The notes beneath the pieces were generated by a model that was given only the letters and a program-made list of their open reading frames with translations, had not been told where the DNA came from and did no database searches. DNA of 38,787 nt. Origin: Escherichia coli (GTDB taxonomy: Bacteria; Pseudomonadota; Gammaproteobacteria; Enterobacterales; Enterobacteriaceae). The DNA lies in NCBI RefSeq assembly GCF_003334385.1, contig NZ_QOWN01000040.1; one strand, written 5' to 3'. Made by a program: the position numbers and the translations under genes. Shown here piece after piece: positions 10,501 through 19,261 of the stretch. Positions within the stretch are counted from its first letter, which is position 1. Every line of letters begins with the position of its first letter.

Positions 10501-11608
10501 TGAAACACCGCATCCGGAAGCGCCGGTCACGGCAAAAGCTGAAGCCCCCCGGGCCGACAGACCGGAACAACCCGCCGCCCCGTCGTCTGCGCCAGAAAAA
10601 GCCCCTGTCAGTGCACAGCCGCAGCAACCCGACACACCGGAGGAAGAGCCGCCCGGCAAGCTCAGCCCCGGTGAAAGTGTGACTGCCGTCCTGACAAACT
10701 ACGGAGAAAAAGAGTATGCGCCCGGAAAAGGGCGCTGCTTTTTTGTGGAGCTCACCAACCGCAGTGGCAAACGGGAATACTGGGGAAACGGCCTGGAAGA
10801 ACTGGTCAAAAACCATCAGAAGGGTGACCCCGTCACACTGACACTGCAGGCGAGAGAAACATTCCGGCTGTCCGGTGAAACGCGGGATCGTATCCGTAAT
10901 ATCTGGGCCATAACCCCGGTCAGTAACGGCATTACCGTTAATAATGACCAACCTCATGCGGGTCAGCATACCCTGGAGTTTCCGATGGCAACATTCAGCC
11001 AGGTGATGTTACAGATGCAACAACACTGGCCACAGATAATGCAGGAAGTTCGCTCCCCCAAAAATCCTCCCAATAATCTGTACATTGGTGAAGACAGGCA
11101 ACCTGCATCAGCACCTCAGGATCAATCAATGCGACTCCCCCTCGCTGGTAATGCACCCAATGAACTGATACCAGCCATCGCCTCTGCCGATAAGGACAAT
11201 CGTCAGTTGAATCTTCTGCTGGTCCACAGCGCAGATGATCATCTGCAGGGCGTGGTCCGCCTGAACGGCACCCTTTACCCGGCACTGGCCACCCCGTCAG
11301 CTGACAACCGTCAGCTGGTCATCAATGCCCTGACGGATAACGGTCTGCAGTTTGCCGGTTACGGTGAAGCTGTTAACCATGATGAGAATAATCATCAGCG
11401 TCCGTCCCCACAAATAATGCAGTTTCACCTGAAGCAACAGGACTCCCCGTTGTTTGCCGCCATCCACAAACCGGAAGAGCAACCGGACAAGCTTTTCCGC
11501 TCTCTGGGTTTTGAGCAGACCTGGAAAGAGTGGTCTGACAGCCAAAAGGCGGAGGACAGGCAGGAAAAAACTCTGCAACAGGCACAATCCCACAGCCCCG
11601 GCCGATGA
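7583..11608 (+). CDS. sog: Sog-type plasmid DNA primase (DnaG-like Toprim domain with long low-complexity linkers)
   Basis: 1341 aa; GGAGAA ribosome-binding site; primase core (FAEGYATAASLHE, FCADNDHQ); position between traK and traL as in R64. Confidence 0.85.
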   Translation: MKSRYRTWLAVPPEETEAVKNAVPPLNGRKAVAWDPEKKLWYARAGTELSLLERWLPRPQELSMDAGDPVTEFAQVLENAGLVIQGLPQMDGAIHRVATRDDKKGAKSGAYRAYLDGRPAGWYRDYRSADDSPTNWVFSGGEQHDPLARLHLRAFAQQQRDDNARKLQQQYNKQAGYARSYINGLPQATAHEYLTRKGIRAAPGVRLNNKNELVIPFSNGRGEIRSYQRIPVTGGKDARILKDSEKTGNWFTFGTPENGRPLLFAEGYATAASLHEATGLPVLMTVDASNMIAVAENARQIWTDSPFVFCADNDHQREINKGVFSATKAAEVTNGEVIIPAFTEAEKAQGLTDFNDLDASRGRDDFQNAMNAQLKHIGIPTPNSDTADNREAVVIGNLIFTPVKDEKPQMSPENRQSTAPETELATQDTPYDTHSDDTENQAYEDDYAAYASLQSVTAETLSPDKPLENIASAADTGTENTSAATAGDQEDLNTDATGTDTAHNSDTAETGTLPEPAGMQSVQQATTEPTAEDKPHENVVSAADTREENASATTADNQSTQAEEHPRSEDTPETSLSDAAGTQHTTTTQSEEQVQVSMASADDWSAFAEDLNADTPGAPTVHNTDNAETNTVSEPAGMRPVQQVTTELTAEDKAQEKSVASAAETGAEHSSDITDDNRNAPAEELNADATVAVHNTGTAETASPSEPAETQPVRQATAEPTAEDKLQEERLVSATETSTANEAARPDTPSLFSRLRRFLTGGKSRTSEPSVIQEKKPTEAETATEEVAPPSPPETSPEDTSSAEPDTIIFAPRRPDSPQRHNLDEILKNLTHKEFPDRTALYSVDGEPAFLDRLYCLEMVDGASADDKKVLAALAVATNFYGGVIELTGSDAFKQKAMQLIVEYDIKVRMKLPAQRAALEKLRKEKEMAHDAIVTHRPTPELNRQSPEETTMAQPAPPVSPKAEAEQTAGSTAETPHPEAPVTAKAEAPRADRPEQPAAPSSAPEKAPVSAQPQQPDTPEEEPPGKLSPGESVTAVLTNYGEKEYAPGKGRCFFVELTNRSGKREYWGNGLEELVKNHQKGDPVTLTLQARETFRLSGETRDRIRNIWAITPVSNGITVNNDQPHAGQHTLEFPMATFSQVMLQMQQHWPQIMQEVRSPKNPPNNLYIGEDRQPASAPQDQSMRLPLAGNAPNELIPAIASADKDNRQLNLLLVHSADDHLQGVVRLNGTLYPALATPSADNRQLVINALTDNGLQFAGYGEAVNHDENNHQRPSPQIMQFHLKQQDSPLFAAIHKPEEQPDKLFRSLGFEQTWKEWSDSQKAEDRQEKTLQQAQSHSPGR
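8950..9830 (+). repeat. Imperfect in-frame tandem repeats (~80-aa acidic Thr/Ala/Glu-rich units) in the sog linker
   Basis: Recurrent unit ...SEPAGMxxVQQxTTExTAEDKxxE...SAAxTG...NADxxxxxHNTxxAET... seen about three times. Confidence 0.6.
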
Positions 11609-11624
11609 GCCGGTAAGGACGACC

Positions 11625-11975
11625 ATGAACATGAAAAAAACGCTGCTGGTCATACTGACCGGCATCACCCTGGCATCACCGGTGGCAGGTGCCGCCACCT
11701 GCCGGGCGGGGGCCGCTGCCGAAGCCGGCAGCAGAGCCGCCTGGGAGCGGGCGCGCACAGCCAGCCAGGCATGGTCACAGCGGGAGAATGACGTCGCCTC
11801 CTCCCTGCAGTCCTGCCTGTCCCGCATCAAGGACATCAGTATCACTCTTCCGCAGTTCCCCAGCCTGGACAAGCTCCTCCGCGACCTGGAAAACCAGGTC
11901 TGTGATGCCGTCGTGGATCGGGTGAATGACCATCTTCCGGGGAATATCGACCCCTGGAAAGACTACAACCTCTGA
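11625..11975 (+). CDS. traL: Small secreted or periplasmic transfer protein
   Basis: 116 aa from the ATG at 11625 (AAGGA ribosome-binding site); signal peptide LLVILTGITLASPVAGA. Confidence 0.6.
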   Translation: MNMKKTLLVILTGITLASPVAGAATCRAGAAAEAGSRAAWERARTASQAWSQRENDVASSLQSCLSRIKDISITLPQFPSLDKLLRDLENQVCDAVVDRVNDHLPGNIDPWKDYNL

Positions 11976-11986
11976 ACAGGAGCACC

Positions 11987-12682
11987 ATGAGCGAAGCACA
12001 ACCCACCTCCCCTGTCTCACCGGAAGCGGATAACAGCGGAGATATTTATAACCCCGTGCTCAGAACCATCGCACAGTCAGAACAACGGGCCGCGCTGGTA
12101 CCCGGTCTGGTCAGGGCGTTGCTGTGCAGCGGCGCAGCACTCTGCATCAGCCTGGTGGCTAATGGCATACAGTACTGGCATGCCACCGGCGTGACGCGCG
12201 AATACTTTGCCACTGACAATGGCCGACTGGTCCGTCTGGCACCAACCAGCCAGCCGGCCTGGAGTCAGAGCGACGTCATGAACTTTGGCAGCATGACGCT
12301 GAGCGAAGCCTTCAATCTCGATTTTGTCCACTACCGAAAACAAATCACGACACAGGCCCCCCGCTTTTCCGAAGCCGGCTTTGCCGGCTATGTGAATGCC
12401 CTTCAGGCCTCGAACATTCTCGACACTATTAAAAAGGAGAAATTTAACCTCACAACCACTATCGGGGCAGGTACCCTGGTCAACCAGGGACAGATGGAGA
12501 ACGGTGTCTGGTTCTGGAAATTCCAGTATCCGGTCAGGATGCGCCTGGTCGGTCAGACCAGCACCCGCCCCGAACAGGCCTTCACCTTTGAAATCACTGT
12601 CCGGCGCGTTGACCCCCGCATCAAACCCGGCGGCATGGAAATCAGTCAGATGGTTTCCCGTAACGCCGCAGCAGGAATCTGA
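11987..12682 (+). CDS. traM: DotI/IcmL-like T4BSS inner-membrane protein
   Basis: 231 aa; transmembrane segment then a periplasmic domain; synteny. Confidence 0.7.
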   Translation: MSEAQPTSPVSPEADNSGDIYNPVLRTIAQSEQRAALVPGLVRALLCSGAALCISLVANGIQYWHATGVTREYFATDNGRLVRLAPTSQPAWSQSDVMNFGSMTLSEAFNLDFVHYRKQITTQAPRFSEAGFAGYVNALQASNILDTIKKEKFNLTTTIGAGTLVNQGQMENGVWFWKFQYPVRMRLVGQTSTRPEQAFTFEITVRRVDPRIKPGGMEISQMVSRNAAAGI

Positions 12683-12692
12683 GACTCATATC

Positions 12693-13667
12693 ATGCACAT
12701 ACATCATCTTATTGGCGCACTGCTTATTGTGTGCGGCACTGTCACAGCTGCAGATAACCCGGGCTGGAAAAATGCACGAAGCCCGCAGACCGGCGGAAAG
12801 ACCGCACAGGCAACCGGGAACACCCCGGCAGGCGGTCCCCCGCCAGCCGCACAACTCCCGGGAAACCTGCCGCCTCCCGGCGCTGCTCTCGTACAGGAAG
12901 GCGCATCGCTGGATTCTCCCCTGAATGCCGGTGAAATTCGTGAACTCCGTGGGATAATGGCCGATAACGAACGGGCCATCAGTGCCCCGCTCACCAGTGT
13001 GGTGCCCCGTATCAGTTCCCTCACGGTGAATCTGTCTCCGGGGGCCAGCCTGCCCCTTGTCCGTACCGCTCTGCATAACGTCAGCGTGGTGACCTTCACG
13101 GACGTCAACGGCAGTCCGTGGCCACAGTCGGATCCGCCCTATAACGCTGCGCCCGGTCACTTTGACGTGCAGTTCAACGGCAATATGGTGTCCGTCACCC
13201 CCCTGCGCGCCTGGGCTGCCGGGAATGTGACGGTCTATCTCAAAGGATTGTCTGTACCGGTCATCCTGAATATCACCAGTGGTGAAACAGACACCACTAC
13301 CCTGAGTCAGGAAATCGACAGTCGTCTGGATCTGCGCATTCCCCGGCAGGGACCTGCCAGCCCGGTGGTGTCCATACCGTCAGAAAAAATTGCCCTGCAT
13401 GACGCCACTCTGCAGGCCTTTCTGGACGGTGTGCCACCGGATGATCCCGCCATCCGCCGCCTGAAATTCTCCGGTAACGTCCCGGACACCACCATCTGGC
13501 AGCACGGCGATGATCTTCTCGTGCGCTCACGGGCTATGCTGCGGGATGAATTTGAACAGACGCTGGCATCGGCTGATGGTACGCGGCTGTGGAAACTGCC
13601 GGTGACCCCCTTACTCACCTTCTCCGTGAATGGTCAGTCCGTTCACGTCACCCCGGAACTGGAGTAA
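12693..13667 (+). CDS. traN: DotH/IcmK-like T4BSS outer-membrane core protein
   Basis: 324 aa from the internal ATG at 12693 (the ORF track starts at 12396, overlapping traM); signal peptide IGALLIVCGTVTA. Confidence 0.7.
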   Translation: MHIHHLIGALLIVCGTVTAADNPGWKNARSPQTGGKTAQATGNTPAGGPPPAAQLPGNLPPPGAALVQEGASLDSPLNAGEIRELRGIMADNERAISAPLTSVVPRISSLTVNLSPGASLPLVRTALHNVSVVTFTDVNGSPWPQSDPPYNAAPGHFDVQFNGNMVSVTPLRAWAAGNVTVYLKGLSVPVILNITSGETDTTTLSQEIDSRLDLRIPRQGPASPVVSIPSEKIALHDATLQAFLDGVPPDDPAIRRLKFSGNVPDTTIWQHGDDLLVRSRAMLRDEFEQTLASADGTRLWKLPVTPLLTFSVNGQSVHVTPELE

Positions 13668-13670
13668 ATC

Positions 13671-15002
13671 ATGAGCGCAGAACAGGACACAGCCGCAAAA
13701 TCCGGCAAAAAGCTGTCAGCCCTGCTGGTTATGGGGGGCGTGATTATCATCGGGGGCGGATACCTGCTGCTCACCTGGCTGTCCCCCGAAAACGCTGCAT
13801 CGCTCTCGTCAGTCAATATCAACAGCACAACGTCCGGCGGCGGACGGAACGTGATGGAGACACAGCACTACCGGGATTTACTGCGGGCTGACAATGAACG
13901 TGGTGCTGCTGAAGCGTTACGTAATAACGAGACGTTTATCGCCAGTCTGCCCCGGGGACTGGATACAGATACCGGAAACGATCAGAAAAGGGATAATCCC
14001 CCCGATGATCAGTCAGGCACTTCCGGGCAAAACGCATCCCCTCCTCAGGAAGATCAGACGGCCCGGGAAAAACGGCGTGAGGCATTACAGAAACTGCTTG
14101 CCCGTATCAACACACAGCATCAGGATGCCCGGCCACCGGTAGTGGCAGCAGCCATGTGGAGCACCACCGGCGCGCCCGGGACAGCCCCTCATGCGTCACC
14201 GTCCGGTACCGTTACATCACAGCATCCCCGTCTGCAGGAGACGAGTCTGGCAACACCGGCTACACGTCAGGGGATCCAGCTGATACCGGCACTGACCCGC
14301 GTACCGGCTTACATCGACACCGAAGTGGACTCTGACAATGCGGTCTCCCGCGTGGTGGCCTCCGTACCTGCCGGGCCATGGGCCGGAGCCGTTCTCTACA
14401 GCCAGGACGCCAGACTCGCAGGTCAGGGAATGGATATCCACTTTGACCGGATGATGTGGCGGGGCATGTTTCTGAAGGTCAATGCATATGCCCTGAATGA
14501 ACGAACAGGAATGTCAACCGTGGCCAGCGACGTGAACCACCGCTGGTTTAAGCACATTGTTCTGCCGTCCATACTTGGCGGTGCGGGAAAGGGAGGGAGT
14601 CTTTACAAAGACGCCAACACACAGATCCTTCAGGGAAACTACGGCAGTCTTACCGGCAGGGTGGGAATGCCTGATGGCAGGGCGCTGGCCGGCGTCATGG
14701 CAGGCGGCATGGCCGAACGGGGCAGCGAGCTGCTGACCCGCCAGGCAGAGAGCGAACCTTACCGTCAGGTGACAGTATCACGGGGCGAGGTCGTCTCAAT
14801 TCTGTTTGTTGAGCCGGTCATGAGCAACGATATCAGTCCCACCTCCTCCGGGAGTATCCCTTCAGTGCCACCGTCCTCAGGACGTCCGCTCACCCAGGCG
14901 GAGGCCGAGCACCAGGCCTCTGACAGAATCCAGGCAGCTGTCCTCCGTAAACAGAATGAAATGCGGCAACGCTACGGCATACAACAGGAAAGTTATCCAT
15001 GA
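13671..15002 (+). CDS. traO: DotG/IcmE-like T4BSS core protein
   Basis: 443 aa; N-terminal transmembrane anchor, Pro/Gln-rich linker; synteny. Confidence 0.7.
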   Translation: MSAEQDTAAKSGKKLSALLVMGGVIIIGGGYLLLTWLSPENAASLSSVNINSTTSGGGRNVMETQHYRDLLRADNERGAAEALRNNETFIASLPRGLDTDTGNDQKRDNPPDDQSGTSGQNASPPQEDQTAREKRREALQKLLARINTQHQDARPPVVAAAMWSTTGAPGTAPHASPSGTVTSQHPRLQETSLATPATRQGIQLIPALTRVPAYIDTEVDSDNAVSRVVASVPAGPWAGAVLYSQDARLAGQGMDIHFDRMMWRGMFLKVNAYALNERTGMSTVASDVNHRWFKHIVLPSILGGAGKGGSLYKDANTQILQGNYGSLTGRVGMPDGRALAGVMAGGMAERGSELLTRQAESEPYRQVTVSRGEVVSILFVEPVMSNDISPTSSGSIPSVPPSSGRPLTQAEAEHQASDRIQAAVLRKQNEMRQRYGIQQESYP

Positions 15003-15712
15003 AAAACGAACATGAAGATCCCGGCAGCTTTGGCGAAACGCCGGCACCGGCATCCGGCAAATCCTTCCTGAAACGTCAGTATATGGGATACAGCCTGCCG
15101 GTCTGGGCCGGCTGTGCCCTCATCATCCTGGCCGCCATCTGGTACAAGTTTCTGCGGACACCCTCAGAGCCCCCTGCAGATGCAGGCTTTGCTGTCACAC
15201 CGCCCGCTGCTGAGAGCTGGGCAGAGCCCATGACCATGACGGAGACCGGGGGCGGAAACAACATGCCCGCACCGCCGGTTGCCCCACAGGCAGATATGCA
15301 GCAACTTGCCCGTGATCTGAAAGCAGAGCTGGACAGACGGGATGAGGAAATCCGACGCACCCTGACCATGCTGAAGGACAGTATCACCACTCTCAGTAAC
15401 GCCATTCAGAAGGATGAGGCCTGGGCACAGGAAACCCGTCAGTTGCTTGAGGAGACCCGTAAGCAGGTGCATACCCTGCAGATGCAGGGAGCACTGCCAG
15501 CCCCGACCGGGAATAACAGACAGCCTGCGAAAACCCTGCCTTCACCTCTGCAGGGCATGAAAATCATGTCGGTGGAGAAAGGCATGGCCTGGATCCGCTG
15601 GCAGGGCAGTGCCTGGGCAGTACGGGAAGGCGACAGTCTGGGAAACATCACCATCACCCGGATTGACCCGTCCAGCCGGGCAGTCATCACCTCTGCCGGT
15701 ACATTACGATGA
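14999..15712 (+). CDS. traP: DotF/IcmG-like T4BSS protein
   Basis: 237 aa; transmembrane helix plus coiled-coil; start overlaps the traO stop. Confidence 0.65.
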   Translation: MKNEHEDPGSFGETPAPASGKSFLKRQYMGYSLPVWAGCALIILAAIWYKFLRTPSEPPADAGFAVTPPAAESWAEPMTMTETGGGNNMPAPPVAPQADMQQLARDLKAELDRRDEEIRRTLTMLKDSITTLSNAIQKDEAWAQETRQLLEETRKQVHTLQMQGALPAPTGNNRQPAKTLPSPLQGMKIMSVEKGMAWIRWQGSAWAVREGDSLGNITITRIDPSSRAVITSAGTLR

Positions 15713-16239
15713 TGAGCATTGATGCCCTGACAGCCATAGAGAACTTTGCCAGCGGTATTTTCAGTGCAGGCATGGAGTTTCTCTTTACCTGGGGAGAGCT
15801 GCTGGGGATTATCGGCCTTATCGGTCATCTGATGCGCGCCCGGGCAGAAGGACGTCGCAGTATGGGACCGGGAAAATTTATTGCCGGTATCTTCATCTGC
15901 GGCATGCTGGTCAGTCTGCCCTCAATGATCAATGCCGGTGGTACCCAGATGGGCTTCAGGGCAGATTCTTTCGCCCCCATCGCATACGTGCAGCCGGGCT
16001 CCTTTGGTGCCGCTGCCGGTGCCGTCAATGCCATTCTCTCACTGGCAAAACTGGCCGGCGTCGGTTTTGTCATGAACGGCATATCCATCTGGCGCAAATC
16101 ACTGCTGGACGGGCACACCGCCCTGAGCGCCAGTGAATCCATCAGTAAAGGGAACGTCAAGTTTGTGGCCGGCGTTCTGCTGGTTTTCAACGACCGGGTT
16201 ATCGATGCCACTCTGGCAAGCCTCGGTATCGCCTTCTGA
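15709..16239 (+). CDS. traQ: Polytopic inner-membrane T4BSS protein
   Basis: 176 aa, Gly/Ala-rich hydrophobic helices; translationally coupled. Confidence 0.6.
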   Translation: MMSIDALTAIENFASGIFSAGMEFLFTWGELLGIIGLIGHLMRARAEGRRSMGPGKFIAGIFICGMLVSLPSMINAGGTQMGFRADSFAPIAYVQPGSFGAAAGAVNAILSLAKLAGVGFVMNGISIWRKSLLDGHTALSASESISKGNVKFVAGVLLVFNDRVIDATLASLGIAF

Positions 16240-16285
16240 CCCCTGTATTTTTTCAGTAAATCAATCTGTTAATAAAGGAGACACT

Positions 16286-16684
16286 ATGTCACGACTTCGT
16301 GCCATGGCGGCGCGTCTGCGCGCTGCATCTGTTTATGTTCAGTTATGCCTGATGGCCTGCCGTGACCGGCTGGTACGCCTGTTACTGCTGCTTCCCGTGA
16401 TGCTGCTGCCCCACACCGCAATGGCAAATACCCTCTTCGATATGATTAAAACCGTTGGCGATGGTGCCAGAGGCTCCAGCAGTTCGTTTGTGGCTATCGG
16501 TCAGGTTATTGGCCTGGTGCTCTTTATCGGCGGCCTGCTTGGCCTCAAACAAATCGGTAAAAAACCCGGTGCAGGGCTGGCCTGCCTGCTGTCAATTCTG
16601 GTCGGCGTCTGCCTTGCCGTCGTACCGGAACTGATGGGCAGCGGACAGAAAACGCTCGGTCTTTCTCCGGTTTCAATCAGTTAA
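16286..16684 (+). CDS. traR: Small membrane transfer protein
   Basis: 132 aa from the ATG at 16286 (AAAGGAG ribosome-binding site); two hydrophobic segments. Confidence 0.55.
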   Translation: MSRLRAMAARLRAASVYVQLCLMACRDRLVRLLLLLPVMLLPHTAMANTLFDMIKTVGDGARGSSSSFVAIGQVIGLVLFIGGLLGLKQIGKKPGAGLACLLSILVGVCLAVVPELMGSGQKTLGLSPVSIS

Positions 16685-16740
16685 TCCGCAAAGGCACCGG
16701 GAAACCGGTGCCGTCTTCACACAATGAGGAGGACCAGACC

Positions 16741-16992
16741 ATGTCCTGTGAGCTGCCCCCTTTCACCCTGCTCAGAACAGAGCACGGCAACGTGATTGCC
16801 CGCGACAACCGGGATAATCAGGAGTTTGTGTTTGCAGAGTGTTACTCCACCGCTATAGCAGCACTGATTCTGGCTGCCGTCACCCTGTATACAGAGAGAA
16901 AAGCGTATGAAAAAGACCCCGCCACTCATCGCCCCGGTCCGGGAACGATGGCTTTTCCCGCTCCCGCAACCGGACACGGTATTCAGCGGTGA
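16741..16992 (+). CDS. Small transfer-region protein (TraS position)
   Basis: 83 aa from the ATG at 16741 (GAGGAGGA ribosome-binding site); overlaps the next ORF. Confidence 0.45.
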   Translation: MSCELPPFTLLRTEHGNVIARDNRDNQEFVFAECYSTAIAALILAAVTLYTERKAYEKDPATHRPGPGTMAFPAPATGHGIQR

Positions 16993-17725
16993 AGCCCTGT
17001 TACCACCGTCAGTGCTCTCAACAGAGGGACGCTGCCCCTGCTGTCGCAGGACCGTCACCCACCGCTTCATTCTGGAAGATTCATGGCCATTACAGCAGAT
17101 GGCTGACACCTGCCGGGATACGGTCGTCCTGCTGGAAAAAAACCTCACCCGGGTGATGCGCCTGAAAAAACGTCCGGTACCGGAAAACGCTGACGAAAAA
17201 AAGAAACACACCCGAACCCTGCAGGATACGGAGCGGTCCCTGGCACAGGCCCGCCTGTCGGCCAGGCGACTGGCCCTGCGTCATGTGGAAAAGTCGCAAA
17301 TCGTCACAACGGATGCACTCAGCGAAAATGAAAGTGACCTGCTGCAGCCGGAAGGCCCGCCCTTTCATCTCTGTGCCTTCTGCCATGCCTGGCACTGTCT
17401 GAACGGCTATGCTGCCGCACAGGGAGTGATGGTCTGGCTCCCCGATTTGCATCCGGCCTCGGTGGTTGCCCTCAATGCGCGGGCACTGCAGGAGATTTTC
17501 AGCGATAACCGTCAGCGGGTCAGGCAGGGACGGGCAGTCCTGAATGCCCTGGTACAGAACCGTCTGGCCGTTGAGGAGAAATTCCGCACCTGGCGTCCGG
17601 CGGATTTTGCTGATGCCCTGCGCCGCTGGCCGCCGGCACAGCGTAAAACGTTGAGGGAGAAAATGGACGGGGTGGCGCTCATTCTGCTGCCGGATTCGTT
17701 TCCTGACAAAAAGTACGTCATGTGA
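16907..17725 (+). CDS. Transfer protein with Cys-rich zinc-ribbon-like motifs (TraT position)
   Basis: 272 aa; CPCC...CAFCHAWHC cysteine clusters; start uncertain. Confidence 0.55.
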   Translation: MKKTPPLIAPVRERWLFPLPQPDTVFSGEALLPPSVLSTEGRCPCCRRTVTHRFILEDSWPLQQMADTCRDTVVLLEKNLTRVMRLKKRPVPENADEKKKHTRTLQDTERSLAQARLSARRLALRHVEKSQIVTTDALSENESDLLQPEGPPFHLCAFCHAWHCLNGYAAAQGVMVWLPDLHPASVVALNARALQEIFSDNRQRVRQGRAVLNALVQNRLAVEEKFRTWRPADFADALRRWPPAQRKTLREKMDGVALILLPDSFPDKKYVM

Positions 17726-17779
17726 CACACACCGGTGCCGGTGACGTTCTGCCGGCCCCAACTGACAGAGGAACAAAAA

Positions 17780-18139
17780 ATGGATACCCTCACTGCCGGA
17801 TATCAGTTTTCCGCAGATGCATTCCGGCGCTTTATTATCCGGACGCTGACTGACGATATTCCGCCTGACGGAGATGAAAAAGAGATTGCCCGGTTCATTC
17901 TCCGCCACCCGGCATTTAACGGCGGCTGGCTGCTCTTTCTGGCTGCAGAAATTCATGAAAGATCCCGTACCCATAACAGCATCACCGTCACAGTGAGCGT
18001 CGATAACTATCTCTCATGGATGGATATTGCCGTGTCCGGTCTCCCGGAATTACCGGATATGCCCTTCTGTGATTTTTTCATTCGCCGCCAGCAGTTTATT
18101 TATCCGGGTGTACCCCCGACAAAATCAGGAGAAGAATGA
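17780..18139 (+). CDS. Hypothetical protein (extra ORF between traT and traU)
   Basis: 119 aa from the ATG at 17780 (GAGGAA ribosome-binding site); backbone-like GC. Confidence 0.45.
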   Translation: MDTLTAGYQFSADAFRRFIIRTLTDDIPPDGDEKEIARFILRHPAFNGGWLLFLAAEIHERSRTHNSITVTVSVDNYLSWMDIAVSGLPELPDMPFCDFFIRRQQFIYPGVPPTKSGEE

Positions 18140-18519
18140 TGAAAATTCACCGCATATCCCCGGAGACGCTTATAACACTCATCCACGCACACCTGGCCGG
18201 AAAAGCTGACAGTACCGCCAAAGAAGAGCACCGGCTACTCCGTCGTTTCCTGCGGGATGATGACGGCAGGCTGGCCGGCGTACTGCTGAATATTGCCGGA
18301 ATACTTCAGTTCAACAGGGAATTAAGTGCGCGGCATAATTATCCGGCCACACCCCTGACTGAATTTTCATTAAGGAAACGGGGAAAACAACTTCATCTCT
18401 GTCTCTGCAGTCTCCGTTTCTTTTATATTCCTCCGGTATTTATACAAAACAAAAGAAGAAAATCTATTGTTGTACACCTTAATAAGATCACTTATAAACA
18501 AACCCATTCAATACGCTGA
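18136..18519 (+). CDS. Hypothetical protein
   Basis: 127 aa; translationally coupled to the upstream ORF; its 3' part runs into AT-rich DNA. Confidence 0.4.
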   Translation: MMKIHRISPETLITLIHAHLAGKADSTAKEEHRLLRRFLRDDDGRLAGVLLNIAGILQFNRELSARHNYPATPLTEFSLRKRGKQLHLCLCSLRFFYIPPVFIQNKRRKSIVVHLNKITYKQTHSIR

Positions 18520-19037
18520 CGAAGTGATTCATACTGATTATACTCATCTTTGCCTATATGTTTTTTAAGCGTATTAACAATATCATATTGAGGATGTCCT
18601 GAATTGTCAGTATACAGTGTTGTTGCAGGAAGGACTGCATAATCTGATATTTCACAACCTGTATACAGTTCTTTGTCAGTTCGGCAGGAATGGCAAAGAG
18701 AAAGACATGTATACAGGTCTGTGTTTTCTGCCTCCTCAGGAGATAACCACGACACATATTGCAAATCATCTGTATCAGGATAACAATTTTCTTCCTGAAC
18801 CTGAACTCTGAAAATATAGAAAAATAATTCATCTTTTGAAAGGCATGCTATTTTATTCCCCCAATACACCGCATTATCAAGTTGATCCGATAAATAAATC
18901 CATCCTGGTGTCGTCTCTAACGACCAGCATATAACAGAAGGAGCATCAGTTCTTATTTTCCCATCTTTTATTATTTGCAGACCTCTGCTCATTGTTGTCG
19001 CATGAAAAAGATTTAATATTTTATTTTCAGCCTTCAC
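18492..19037 (-). CDS. Hypothetical protein on an AT-rich insert, antisense to the tra operon
   Basis: 181 aa; low GC; the only minus-strand ORF in this part of the operon that is not shadowed by a plus-strand gene. Confidence 0.5.
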   Translation of the reverse strand: MKAENKILNLFHATTMSRGLQIIKDGKIRTDAPSVICWSLETTPGWIYLSDQLDNAVYWGNKIACLSKDELFFYIFRVQVQEENCYPDTDDLQYVSWLSPEEAENTDLYTCLSLCHSCRTDKELYTGCEISDYAVLPATTLYTDNSGHPQYDIVNTLKKHIGKDEYNQYESLRQRIEWVCL

Positions 19038-19106
19038 TCTATTTCCTCATTTCCCAAGAAACATATTAAAAACGGAAAACATTACACATAACCTGGAGGA
19101 CAAATC

Positions 19107-19199
19107 ATGACTTTAAATTTCCCTGCCGGGGAAACTACACTATTCTCAGCAAAAAACATCCTGACAGCAATACTCACTCAGCACAACTTACACGCATAG
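19107..19199 (+). CDS. Possible 30-aa upstream small ORF or leader peptide before traU
   Basis: ATG at 19107 preceded by GGAGGA at optimal spacing; encodes MTLNFPAGETTLFSAKNILTAILTQHNLHA; not in the ORF track because it is under 60 aa. Confidence 0.3.
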   Translation: MTLNFPAGETTLFSAKNILTAILTQHNLHA

Positions 19200-19261
19200 C
19201 GTTCCCATTTGAATACAGTTGCAGCCCGCGATTTATTTTGTCTTCCGGAGCCACCTCTGCC

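Noticed and set aside
17090..17974. 294-aa minus-strand ORF opposite traT, and a 343-aa minus-strand ORF opposite traU (20825..21856)
   Set aside because: Shadow ORFs of GC-rich coding sequence on the opposite strand; Cys/Arg/Gly-rich low-complexity translations with no motifs.
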